Shown here: positions 25,047 through 36,900 of the stretch, piece after piece
Position numbering within the stretch: the first letter of the stretch is position 1
Layout: each line of letters begins with the position of its first letter
Assembly (NCBI GenBank): GCA_905178155.1
Contig: CAJINV010000004.1
Location: 6,178,828-6,242,827, forward strand
Direction: 5' to 3'
DNA length: 64,000 nucleotides
Source: Amoebophrya sp. A120
Taxonomy: Eukaryota > Protista > Dinoflagellata
Notes under the pieces: generated by a model
The model's database searches: none
The model's input: the letters and a program-made list of their open reading frames with translations, nothing else
Told to the model about the DNA's origin: nothing
Program-made: the position numbers and the translations under genes

Positions 25047-26309
25047 TCATTCCTGCCTGCAGTTTTGCACACCTCCGTGCGTGGAGAGGTGTAGCTGCAC
25101 CACGAGTGCCGATGAAACAGGATTTTTAACTTTATTCTTGAGATTGTCTTCGTGCCGGTCGTAGTTTAGATTTGTAGCTTTGCCCTCGCTGTTAATTGAC
25201 AAAACCACTCGTCGCGAAATTGGAAAATAAAGCTGTAGTGCTGATGCGCGCTTCTGGTAAAACGTTGAAATCAAAATCATACAAAATAAGCCACTCGGAA
25301 TGAATAAACCTTTGGCAAACGAAAAGCTAGCCCTTCGCAGTTTGTGTTCTTGAAACGATAGAAGTACATCAGTAAATACAGATCTCTGTCGTGAAGACGC
25401 TTGGAAGATCGCCGTTGTCATGAATCTAAATACAAACTTCACGCCACAATTAGCCATGTTTCGGTAGTTCTTTCGCAATGGTAGTTCAATGCGGTCGCGC
25501 GAACAATTGTTGCGAAGAAACAAGAATTCGTGGCACAGATCTTGCGCCGACATGAAATTTGCGAAAGTCCTCAACAACGACTTCCTGCTCGGGATGAACA
25601 TCCGAAAGAGTAGAACTAGTAGCAGTGCGCGATGGTCGTGCTGGATGATGGTGAAAAGGAGTGTCATATGCAAGCAATGAACGCCCGGCTCGGGGAGACG
25701 AGGACGTTCACTGAAAATTTTGCTGTCATCATTTGTGTTCGTGCAAACAAGGTCGGTGAAAGGATTTTTGGTGAAGAACCTCGTTATGAAGAGGCGTAGG
25801 TAATTATACGCCAGGTGGTGTAAAAATTTCTCCAAACCGAAACCGCTGGGTGAAAGTTCTTCTTTGATATCTTTTGGCAGTTCTTGTCCAGGGAAAAATA
25901 AAACCATTCTCGGATAGAAAACATCTTCAAAGGTAGAGACTATAGAAGATCTGATGAACATTCTATTTCCTTGTGTCAGCACAATTACTAGCGCAATCAA
26001 AGCGGAGGTGAAAATTTGAAAGGGCATCTTCCAGCGGCAAGAACCTTCGGTTGAGCTGCAGTGGCCCGAAGGAACCTCTGCTACTCGGGATCTTTGCCGG
26101 AAAAAGCCAAAGCTTCGAACCACCAGCAATAAGAGAGCGACCAAGATGTTGATGACTAGAGGGAAGATAAAACAAAAAACCACTCGATAAAAAATTCTTG
26201 AAGACTTCCGAATATTCTTGACCTTGCATAGTGCTTGTACCAGAAGACAGTAGAGTTCTTGTTTGCGCCTCTTCTGCAAGAAAAACCGTCGCAGATGAAT
26301 CTGCATCAC
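25047..26309 (-). CDS. Orphan 420-codon ORF, coding status uncertain
   Basis: Long open frame, but Phe/Leu/Arg-rich and unlike the neighbouring genes; begins 18 nt after the CobW stop. Confidence 0.35.
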   Translation of the reverse strand: MMQIHLRRFFLQKRRKQELYCLLVQALCKVKNIRKSSRIFYRVVFCFIFPLVINILVALLLLVVRSFGFFRQRSRVAEVPSGHCSSTEGSCRWKMPFQIFTSALIALVIVLTQGNRMFIRSSIVSTFEDVFYPRMVLFFPGQELPKDIKEELSPSGFGLEKFLHHLAYNYLRLFITRFFTKNPFTDLVCTNTNDDSKIFSERPRLPEPGVHCLHMTLLFTIIQHDHRALLLVLLFRMFIPSRKSLLRTFANFMSAQDLCHEFLFLRNNCSRDRIELPLRKNYRNMANCGVKFVFRFMTTAIFQASSRQRSVFTDVLLSFQEHKLRRASFSFAKGLFIPSGLFCMILISTFYQKRASALQLYFPISRRVVLSINSEGKATNLNYDRHEDNLKNKVKNPVSSALVVQLHLSTHGGVQNCRQE

Positions 26310-26326
26310 CTTGCGCTGGCTTGCCT

Positions 26327-28894
26327 CTAGGAGCGGTCCTGCTCTTTCTTCTCCTCGTTAACCTCCGACGGAGACATTTCTTCATCGCCGTCATCCTCCG
26401 CACCGGTTTCGTCCTCCTCGCCATCATCCTTTTCGTCCCCTGCTTCCGATCCCTCCTCCTCTTCCTCCTCGTCGTCGCCCCGATATTCCATGAATTCCTC
26501 AATCGCTTTGCCGCCAAAGAACGGGTCTTCGTATTTCAAAAAGCGGTCCCACGGGGTCTTCAAGCCGCCCGTTCCCTTCATCACCTGCTTCTCCGTCAAT
26601 GAAATCAACGCCTGCTCCCCGCCCTCGGCCGCGGTCTTGACCATGAACTTGTCGAACTTCTCCTTTTCCTCCGCCGCTTTGGTCATTTCCTCATCGGTGA
26701 CTAACGTGTTTTCCAGCTCTTCCTCGATCGCCTTCTTGTCCAAATCGATGCCGATCACCACAATCTCCGTTTCCCGATCGCCAAAAACACCGCCGAAGGC
26801 AGGATTCTCGTCCTCGACTTCCATCTTGTTCGTCGCGTCACCAGACTTTGCGACGACCTGGTTGCCGTTTTGGTCGACCATCTGCTGCTCGAAGCCCGCG
26901 TCCTTAATGGCGGCGTCGAACGGCTGTCCGGGGTTTAAAGAAAATTGCCGTCCCGTGCTGTGCCAGTCCATGCGGTAGCCGCAGGCGTTGGCGAGCCAGA
27001 TCTGCCCCTTGGACCGGATCACACCCTTGAAGATCTGCTTTTCATCTTGTGTAGCGGTTTCATCAACTACCTTTTTGTCTTTCCCGCCAGTCGGAGGTTT
27101 CACCAGCTCAGAAATCCGTCCAAACCCGTTCAAGATCGCGTGCAATTTCGTCGGCACAAACGGTTTCTTCGAGCGGAACACAACAGAACTGATTCCATAC
27201 TCCTCGGTCTCCGGCACGTGGTGCCCATCGTTCGCCAGCTCCTGCAACCAACCGGCCGACCGCTGCGCCACCTCGAAGTTGAATAAATTGGTCCCGAGCA
27301 ATTTTTCCGGGTCGACCTTCCCGTGTTCCGTCCAGTAGACGTTGGCCGAGGGGTTCAACTTCTTCACCAAAGCCTCAATCTGCGTCACTTTGTCCGAACC
27401 GCACACGATGTTCTCCTCCGTGTTGGTTTCTTCTTTCTTCGCAAAGGGATTGGCGTTTTTCTGCAGGAGCAAATCCTTTTTGTTCAGCAAAATCACGTTC
27501 GCGAACTCGATCTGGTCCACCAGCAAATCGACGATGGACCGGTCCAAATCCATGCCGCCCTCGTCCTCGTTGGATTGCTGCGCCTCGGACTTTGACCACT
27601 TGGAATCTCGCAGGGAGTCGAGACTACCTAACACGTCGAAAATCTCGGCGGCGTCGACCACCGTGACCATGGTATCTAATTTCGCAATGTTCTGCAACTC
27701 GATCGCCTGGACCGCGAGCTTTTTTTGATCTTCCGCCGCCTGGTTCTGGTCCGTGGCGACGGATTCATGATCGTGGTCGTGATTGTCATGGTGATGTCCC
27801 GCGGCCTGGGCCATCTGCTCCAATTCCTTCAGCGAGTGGCAGAAGGTTTGGGCAACAGGGACGGGTTCGGAGATGCCGGTGGATTCGATGATTAAGTAGT
27901 CATATTTGTTGTCCTTCGCCAGTTCCGCGACCTGCTCAACCATATCAAATGCAAAAATGCCTGGGTCTGGAATGTTGCCGGATTTGTGATGCATATTTTG
28001 CATGGCCCAGGATGTCTGTAATGCACGAGGTGGCATCACATATTTTTAGAGGGCTTCCTGATGCCTACTCCGCATGACAAATGCCCTCCCCGCGTGGCAC
28101 AAACTAGACTCCTCTTGCTGGTCACGCAATACAGTTTTTTCTAAAGTCCAAAGTTAGCATCACAAGTTCCAACCTTCCAGACCCAGACATAATTTTTGCA
28201 TTTGATAAACCAAGTCCTCCCGCAACGTGCAGCAAATGCAGCCGTTTTGTAACGCGACCATCTTCGGCTTCGCGGTTTTGTTGGTTTCCGTCTGCTATCA
28301 ACTGTAAAAATGTCTGGGTCTGGAAGATTCTGACACTTGTCATGCACGTTTTGCATGAGCCATGATGTCTGTGATGCATCCCCTAGCAATACAGATTTTT
28401 TGAGGGCTTCTTGATGCGTATTCCGCATGACAAATGCCTTCTCAGCGTAGCAAAAATTGCCTTCCCTTTGGTACTCATGCAATACAAATTTTTTTGGAAT
28501 CCAAATGCAGCATCAAAAGTTGCATTCTTCCAGACCCAGACATTTTTACATTTGATATCTGCTTCTTGTCACCACCGGCGGCAGCTTTCGTCGCACCCCC
28601 GGTCTTCTTCTGCGCTGCACCACTAGTGTCTTTATCACCTTCCACAACCTTGTTGATTTCCAGCGCGTCGACGTTTACGCTTGCCATGTCGTTGACGATC
28701 AAGGCGATCTTCAACCCTTTGTTGTTGTTCAACAAATGCGTTAAGGTGGTGGTCTTCCCAGATCCCAGGAACCCGGACAGAACGGTGACGGGTAACCGGG
28801 TGTCCTGCTTGTTCATCTCGGTTTCTTGCATATCTTCGGCGTCAACACTGGTGCGCTGGCGCTTCGGAGCGTTTTCGGTAGTAGTTGCGGACAT
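26327..28894 (-). CDS. CobW/COG0523 (ZNG1-like) G3E P-loop GTPase metallochaperone, 676 aa
   Basis: [33 protein letters not shown] (micro-exon 28208-28295), IIESTG, NKKD, VIRSKG, His-rich insert; spliced length 2031 nt is divisible by 3. Confidence 0.95.
27943..28207. mobile_element. Introner family A (265 bp)
   Basis: Family A TIR; TSD AACCA. Confidence 0.95.
28296..28557. mobile_element. Introner family A (262 bp)
   Basis: Family A TIR; TSD TCTGC. Confidence 0.95.
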
Positions 28895-29634
28895 CTTGGA
28901 TCTGTTGGTGTTGCGTTGTGGTTTTTGGATTTAATGGTTCTTTTCCGAAAAGATTTCTGAAGACTCTTTATACTTTTTAGCGGCGAATAAACTTGAGGCG
29001 GTGATTTTCGGCTACTCCTGTCAGTGACTTCTATGTCGACTTTATTCTTTATTTCAATTTCTACTTTACTATTGTGACTTTCAAAAGCGCGGCACGGTTT
29101 TTCTTTTTGCTGTACTAGTCAGACTTTAACTGTGGTGACCCTTCTGAGACAGGCGTCGAGGAAAAAGAGGCTGGAGGTCGTTTTGGTTGTCGAAATTCAG
29201 ATGAAATTCAGGTTGCCATCAGGATCATCGCGCGGAAAGCAGTGCCACCATCAACAGGGCCAAGAAAAGGATCTTCAGGGCCGGACCTAATTGCATTCGG
29301 AAGAAGAGCTCGTTTTTTTTTCATTTGTATTCAACTAGAGAGGGAGATGAAATTGAAAATAATGTTGATCCTTCTTGCTAATTCATTGCTGAATAGATCT
29401 GTCTTCTTGAGTGTCGTGTGTGGTTTAACCTGAAGAAGGCTATTGACAAGAACTTGCTTCGTGTCGTGTTAACTCCTCGGTTCTTGGTTTTCTTCTACGA
29501 CTACTAATATTCGTTCTGATTGTGATTCTTATGAATTGATGCTGAACTGGCGCGGTTCTTCTTTTGTAGCGTGCCAGCCGGCACGCAGGAGCTTTTGAAC
29601 CAACTTGTTCGGTATCATGTTCATTTATCACTTT

Positions 29635-32600
29635 CTAAACTTCAAGATCTTCTTTGCTGTAATACCAAGTGAAGTTCGTTGCCTCTTGCACGAAATTTTT
29701 AAACCTCGTGGGCCGAAACAGGTGCGCAAAGTCAATCAGATCTCTGGTTTCATCTTCGTGGTGCTGATCTTCGTTTACTTTTGCTGATGCAAAAACCCTC
29801 GGGCGCTGTGTCGCCTCGAGGCTCACGCTGCGCAACCCCTGCAGCAAGGCGGGGTCAAGCGATTCAGCCGGGTCCCACAGATGAGGCGCGATGGGAGTGC
29901 TGCCGTTTTCGGAGGATGATGTTGGTGCTGGTGAGCCAGCATTTTTAGTGCCAAATTCTGGCGCGGCTGATTCCGCATCCCGCGGTAGATCGTCCGCCAG
30001 TTCGCGCAGGCCTTTCTGCACGACCCTTTCCTCGTAGTTCCAGTACCGCCGGTCGGCGTTTGTCTCTCTGTTTCTGGAATTCATTTCTTCTGCATTTTCC
30101 CTATTTATTGTTCCTTCTTCCAACATGTCCACCGTCCATTCCCGGTCTTCTCGCCGCCTATCCCGTAAGAGCTTCAGCCGCCGTAGAATCAACAAGTACG
30201 GGTTGCACTTCACGTCCACAGAGTACCAGTTGAAAAAGCAGCTGTATTTCCGGCCGTTTTGTTTCATTTCCCTCAGTCTCCCCGGCTCGTAAACCGCCAA
30301 ATCGTGCAGAAACTGGTACAGGCGGCTGTCGACCAAACTTTCCGGCCACTTGATCGCGATCTTCTCCCACGGGATCTCGTGTCGGAAGGCGACAAAGTAA
30401 TCATCCGACAATATCACCGGCACACAACCGGAGTAAAACGATTCGTACAGGTGGTTGGTCCAGGGGGAGGTGCCCGCGGGAACGAGACAGAAGTGGCTAT
30501 CCCCCTTCCGCTCCAAGTAGTCGGACACAAACCCGCCGACGTCCACCCCGGGAAACCCGGAAAGGTCCATCACCTTTCTCCTCACTGCACAGTGTTCATA
30601 CGCCGTGTGGCCGCCGGGCGCGCGCCCGTGAAACGTCGCGAGCAGCTGCCGGTCTTGCGAGGGTTTGTCGTGCTTCTTCATGTACTCGAGTCGCGCGTAG
30701 TCCGTGTGCCCGGGGATGATCACGTCCTTCCAGGGGCCGAGACACCGCTTCACATCCACATATTTCCGCATGTTCTCGCCCCACGTGGGGCAAGTCGCCT
30801 CAGGGGAGAGAAACACCGCCTCCGCCCGCCAAACATCGTAGCTGTCGAAAATACGGGGGCCCTGCCCGTCGGCGAAAAGGAAAATGTGGTCCTGGCCGTT
30901 GTGCCGGTGGTAGTACTTACTGGTGCGGAGATACGCTAACACGGCTTCCCACGAAAAAACTGTTTCACTGCGATGATCTTGCAAGATCTGCATCACAAGT
31001 TTGCTACACATGACACAGAAAATGTGCCATGTGCGCTCCCCAAGTGAAAACACGCGGAAAAATCCAATGTCTTGCAGGTGTAGCAAAACAAATCGCTCTG
31101 TGCTCCATTCTCTGCATCACAAGTTCACAGTGAAACAGTTTTTTCGTACGATACACGGCTTCCCAGATGTAGTCGGTGGACAATTGGTCCATGGATTTCA
31201 TTATGCAGTGCAAAAGTTGTATCGTACTCGAACTCGTACTAGAATTGCGTTTCTGCATTACAAAGCTTTTCCTTAATGCAAATCCGCAGTACAAATTTAA
31301 TTTGTAATGCTAAGTCAATTTGTAATGCAATTTATACGTAGTACGGTGCTTTTGCAATGCATATTCATCACTTTGCCTTCATCCACCACACCCTCATTCA
31401 ATTTGACGTACCGGCAGGTGGCAAACAAACCCACGTAGAACCAGTCCGCAGCTTCTTCGTCATACGTCCGGCAGCTGCTATTCTCGAAAAAGCTCCGCAC
31501 CAGCACCTCGGTGCCCCACTGCCCCTGCAGGCAGGAGAGGAGGCCGGGCGTGTAGAGCGAGAAGTGCAGGTCGTCGTATACGAAAAATCGCTGTCCGTGG
31601 CAAAGTGTACTAGCGGTTTCACTTTCATCATCTCCGCTTTGATGAGGTTCGGTGCCGTGGTTTAGTGACGATGCAGGAGATTTCGACGCACGCTTGTAGT
31701 TCTCCGTGCTAGAATTTGTTGTACTACTGCTCTGTAGTTCATTGTCCACATTTGCGCCACGATTCCAAGCCGTCGTCCTGGTCCTCGGCGCGAAGGGGCC
31801 TAGACGCTTATGGCGTTCTCAACTGTTACATTCTCAACTGTTACATGATTTGTAATGCAAAACGAACATCAACACTCACAGGGTGAAGCTACTTCGCATG
31901 ACAAATTTTGGAAAGGCTAAACAGCGCCTAAATCTGTGCGGAATTTGTAATGCTACAGGTGCAACCACCCTGCTTAGACTTTTGCCATTCTTGCATCACA
32001 AATCCATGCAACAGATGAGAATGCAACAGTTGAGAACGCCATAACGCTCCCCGTGCACGTTGAAAACTTTCGGGTACACAAACGCAATGTCGACCTCCCA
32101 CTCCTGCATCAGAATCTTCAGATTTCGCAGCTGGTACTGTTTATCGCCGGTGGATAACAATTCCGGGTCGCGGCGCTCGAGGGCGGCGACTTCGCTCATC
32201 AGGTGGGGTATCTGTGGCCAGGGTAGGAGGCCTATTTCATGCTCTCGCGTGACAGTAGGAACGCTCGGCTTCTCGTTCATCTGCGGGTGGTCTACACCGT
32301 CCGCGTCTACAACCACAGCTGAGGTCGAAGAAAATGGAAATGCACCAGAACTACTAGTACCGTCCAATCTTTCCATAATCGCGTCCCGCAGGTCGAAGAT
32401 GTACTGCACGTATCGCTTGGCAGCCTCCCGCCCGTAGTGCGTGTCCACGTGCAGCACGCCGTTCATCATGATCTCCAGCGTCGCGGCCGGACACCGGCGA
32501 ACCGCGTCGGGGAACAAAAGTTCTTGCTGTGGTGATGTGGTCTTCCTGGCGTCAGCGGCTGTTTCACGACCTTGAAGATCAGAATCTTCATCGGAATTTG

Positions 32601-33063
32601 CAGCCAAAAACTTGCCGAGAAACATCTCTTCGTAGAAATGTTTGGACAAGGATAGGTTGTCTCTGCCGTACCGCGTTTGCCAATTGCCGAAATTCTGGAA
32701 CCACTCCGGCGCCAGATCGCCGACCGGAAGGGAACAGACCAAAGGCGAGGAGGTGGCGTCTTCATTGGATTCTTGTACTGTCGGTTGGTGTTGTTCGCGC
32801 TGTTCCTCATCTGTCCTCTCGGTGACATCGACCTCAGCGGTTTGATGATGTTGAACTTGACTAGCTGCAATAGTACTACCATCACCATCTTCATTCTGGC
32901 CTGCGGCGAAAAGCAACTCCTTCACGAGGCGGTCCAGCACGACTGCGAACGTTGTGAACAGCAGCCAGCAGCCCCGGCCGCGACGAGGGCCGCTGGCGCA
33001 TTGGTCTGCTGGCACTCGGTGTCTTCGCCTGCCTTCTCGCAGAACAGGCGACATCGATACCAT
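29635..33063 (-). CDS. Exostosin-family (GT47) glycosyltransferase, ~935 aa
   Basis: RFFVYD, QWGTEV, RTYDEEAADWFYV, GQDHIF, SHFCLVPAG, LYESFYSGCVPVILSD; N-terminal hydrophobic anchor; spliced length 2808 nt. Confidence 0.92.
30945..31153. mobile_element. Introner family G (209 bp), left end altered
   Basis: TIR ACGAAAAAACTGTTTCACTG; TSD CACGG extended to a 13-bp direct repeat; same length as 37998-38206. Confidence 0.88.
31202..31363. mobile_element. Introner family B (162 bp)
   Basis: Family B TIR; TSD TTCAT. Confidence 0.93.
31809..32043. mobile_element. Introner family H (235 bp)
   Basis: TIR TATGGCGTTCTCAACTGTTACATTCTCA; TSD ACGCT. Confidence 0.95.
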
Positions 33064-33957
33064 AAAACCTGGCACGACCGGGGTCAGGTATGATCGAAGG
33101 TTTCATCGCGTGCTGGCATGCGCATCGACGACGAACAAAAAAGTAAGTACTTCTTAGTGCGGCCGCGGCCAACAAGATTTTTCAGGGAATAAACCGATCG
33201 AAGTTTCTCTGTGTGGGTACTAAAAACAGACCATAGTGAAAACAAGGTGTTGATGATCGTGATTCGCAGTGTCCTTGCCGATACCGGTCTGTCTCTTCTA
33301 TGCCTTAACTTTTCTGTAGCCGAGCCGACGATCTATCTTCGAAATGCAGAAGGATCTTTTTTGTCCTTGTGATCATACCGACCGCAGCGGAACATCGTGG
33401 TAAATCTAGACGAGCACAAGTAGCTGATGCCGCAACCGCCCCATCCGACGCCCTCGCCCTCGCCCACTAGCACCAGGAGCAGGACCAGCTGCACACAGTG
33501 TGCATTACAGGCAGTAAGAGGTTACAGGATTTTTTTTTTGAAAACAAAAATAAAGGTACTAAGACATCATTGTACAGAAAATGGAGTTGACAAACATTCT
33601 GTTACAGGAGGAGGGCATCCTCAGTCTTGTCAAAATTCCAAGCAATTTTTATGGACATTTCTAGGCCTTTCCTCAGCAGCTGCTGATTCTGATTGTATTA
33701 ATTCGTACTTTAGTGTAAGTGATACTGATATGAAAAAACTTACTTCGATGGACGTTTTTGGTTTACGCATGTGAAATTGACTTAAAATTTGAAACGGTGT
33801 GAAAACTTTTTTGCAAAATCAAAATGACTAAAGTGACTTCTTACTAGTAACTTAGTCTTGTAGTGTGCGATACCTTTACCTCGGCACGCCAAAAAATGGG
33901 GTACACAATAAAACTAGAAAAAAACTTGGTGATTAACTAGGAGCAACATTCGCACCC

Positions 33958-36900
33958 CTACTTTTTCTTCTTCTTCTTTTCGTCCTTTCCCTTGGGCGAC
34001 TTGGATTTGTCCTTCTTTTTCTTGTCCTCTTTCCGTCGCAATTTGTCCGGGTTGAACCACTGGTAGCTGACCCAGGGACTCTTATCCGCGCCGGCAGTGA
34101 TGGTAACGTTTGACCCGTAACCACCGCGGATCGCGCGGTCGCACAGCAGCGACGGATGCAGGACTTGGTGGGACAGCGGTCTGGGGGACAAGAGCGCCGG
34201 ATTTTGCGGCAGAATTCGCTGTCCCCTTGGCGTATACTCCGGCCCTTTTTCCTCGTCTTCCTCTTCGTAAAAATCGCCGAGATTCAGAATCCCTTTCGCC
34301 TTCGCCTTTTTCTCCCCCCGGTCTGGTTTCGGAGATTTCGACTTGGGCGGCGACTTTGACTTGCCGCTGGCCGAAATTTTCCCGCCTTTCCCGACCGGCT
34401 TTTTCTTCTTTGCGTCTTTCTCCCGCTGCTTCGCGTCGGCGATGACACGGTCCACGTGACCGTCGAGTTCTGCGTCCCAGTCCAAAAACAACTCCTTTTT
34501 CCTGATCACGACGATCGCCGTGCAGCCGACGTCTTTCAGTAAACACCGGTCGGATAATTTGTCCCATTTGCAGGGCGTGTCGTAGCTTTCCATCACGCGC
34601 TCCAGTTCACTCGGTGCGAGCAAGTGCCGGTGCAGGTCGCGGAGCTTTTCGATCCGGCGCTTCTTTTCCGGCGCCAGGTAGAATTCGGTTTCTTCGCCAA
34701 GTAATTCCTTCTCTGTCGAACCGAAGACCCGGGACTTCCCCAACTGGAGCAATTTTACCTGGCGGAACTTCTTGATCATCAGCGACCGCAAATCCCGCCG
34801 TGGCTCCGCCGCCACCTGTTGCATCTCCTCCGGCTCCAAGTCCGCTACGGTGTCTTCGCTGACCTCTTGTGGAATGAAATCCACGGCCGTCGCGGGGAGT
34901 TGGTCCCTGGTCGGGTCGAAGTCGGTCGTGTCGGGAAGGACTAAACCCTGTTGATCCAGCTTCGTGTTCAAGTTTTCCAGCATCTTTTCGCTTTGCAAGC
35001 TCTCGAGGCCCTGGGCGGAGCTGGCAGCGAGTTTGGCGTAGGTGGAATCGGTTTTGGATAAAGTCGTGCCCTCAACATTGTCGGTATAAACATAGGTCTT
35101 CAGCATCTCGTTGTCCACTTTGCCACCCTGTTCTAGAACAAGGAGTTGTTGTTCCTCCTCCAGCAATGTCCTTGCCAACTCCTCGTCCTTCGCCCCGATC
35201 TCGCTGGTGTCACTGTCCGAAACAGACCGGTGCTTCAGCACCGCGGGCAGTTGCTTAGTTGTACTAGGAGGAGGTGCGGGAGGTCCTTGGTCGTCCGGCG
35301 CTGCACCGCCGGATACTGCATCTGCAAGTTCTTGTTGTATTATCGGCAGATCTGCGACGGTGGTGTTTGGATCTACTACTGTTCCTGTTTGCTGCTGCGA
35401 GTCTGGAGATCCGCCATTTGCATTTTGATTTTGCTGCTCTCCTGCAGCTCCTGCAGCATCTTTCGGTTCAAAAGAGACCCCTCGTTTCGCAAAACTGCCA
35501 CCAGACCCATCAGTTCTTACCGTGCCGTCCATATTACCTCCCGTGGTCTGCAGCGTCGTGTTCATAACGCCGTCGGAACTGGTAGTTGGACCTCCAAACC
35601 CATTTGTCGTTCCAGCAGTGGTGGCGAGAAATTGCTCTTTCGTGGTTCGGCCAGCCGAGTTTGACGCGTCCTCGGTTTTGACACTAGCAGCATCTACAGC
35701 TCCTTCGGGGAATTGCTCGGTGCCACGCTTATCGATTGCCATTTGCTCGACATCTTCCGGAAACTGCTCGGTTGCGCGCGGGTCGACCGGTAATTGCTGT
35801 TGCGAACTATTGTCCGCACTTGGGCTGGCAGTATCCCCACCTCCCTGCACAACATCAAGAACTCCTGTTGGCGCCACCAGCGAGGCCCCTTCGCCGATTG
35901 GCGAATCCGGAAACAAGCTCGCACTAGACCCCTCCTGGGAGTCGCGGTTGACGGGGGAATTTGTCGGGCTGGCCGTGTTATCCAGTGCAAATATGTCTGG
36001 GTCTGGAAGAATGCAAGTTTGTCATGCTTGTCTGGCATGACTCGAGAATCTGTGTTGCATAGGCACGAAAAGGCCCTCTTACCTGTCACGCAAAAACGCA
36101 GTTTGTCACGCGGAATACGTAAAACACAGGACCCAAAAAATTTGTCATGCGTAGCTGCGTATTGCAGTGCGTCTACCATTCACTTTTAGCATTACAAGTT
36201 CGAGACCCAGACATGTTTGCAATCCATACGTGTCCGTCGGGCTGGAGATTTCAAAATCCGCTGGATTTTCCTATCCTGAGTAAAAACGTACCCACACCAG
36301 AGTCACGATGGGGATTTTGCAACACAAACCTAGGAGTTTTAGGAGTCACGCATGACAAGCTTCAGTCCGTAAGGTAGTGCAAGTTAGCAAGGAAAGCCGC
36401 ATCACAAATCGACCTTCTGATCCTGTTTACAGCATTACAAGTTCCCAAACACGACTGAAAACGCCTGTCATGGGGTTGCGCATCACAAATGTTCCTGTCA
36501 TGGCATATCTGCATGACAACTCTGGGGTGGGGACGTTTTTACACAGGATATTTCCACCACCCCCGTCTCCGTCGCCTCTTCCTGCGCTTCCTTCTTGATC
36601 TGGGCCTTCATCGCGGCAATCAAGTTCTTCATACCGCCGATCCGGCTTTCGCTCGCGTTGGGGTCCACCGTGGCGATGGGTTCTTTTCCGTCCTCCCCGA
36701 GGTTCGTTTGGGTCAGCCCGGACGCCTTCGCCATCGCGAGTAACCCTTTTAACCCCCCGGCGCCGAAGAGACCCCCGCCGCCAGACGCTGGTGCACCATC
36801 GGCTTCTTCGGTCGGGGCAATGCCCGCTTTCTTGTTGTACTGATCTTGCAAACTCGTGCCCATCAGCTTGCTCATCTGCTTCATGAACTTCAGCCGTGTC

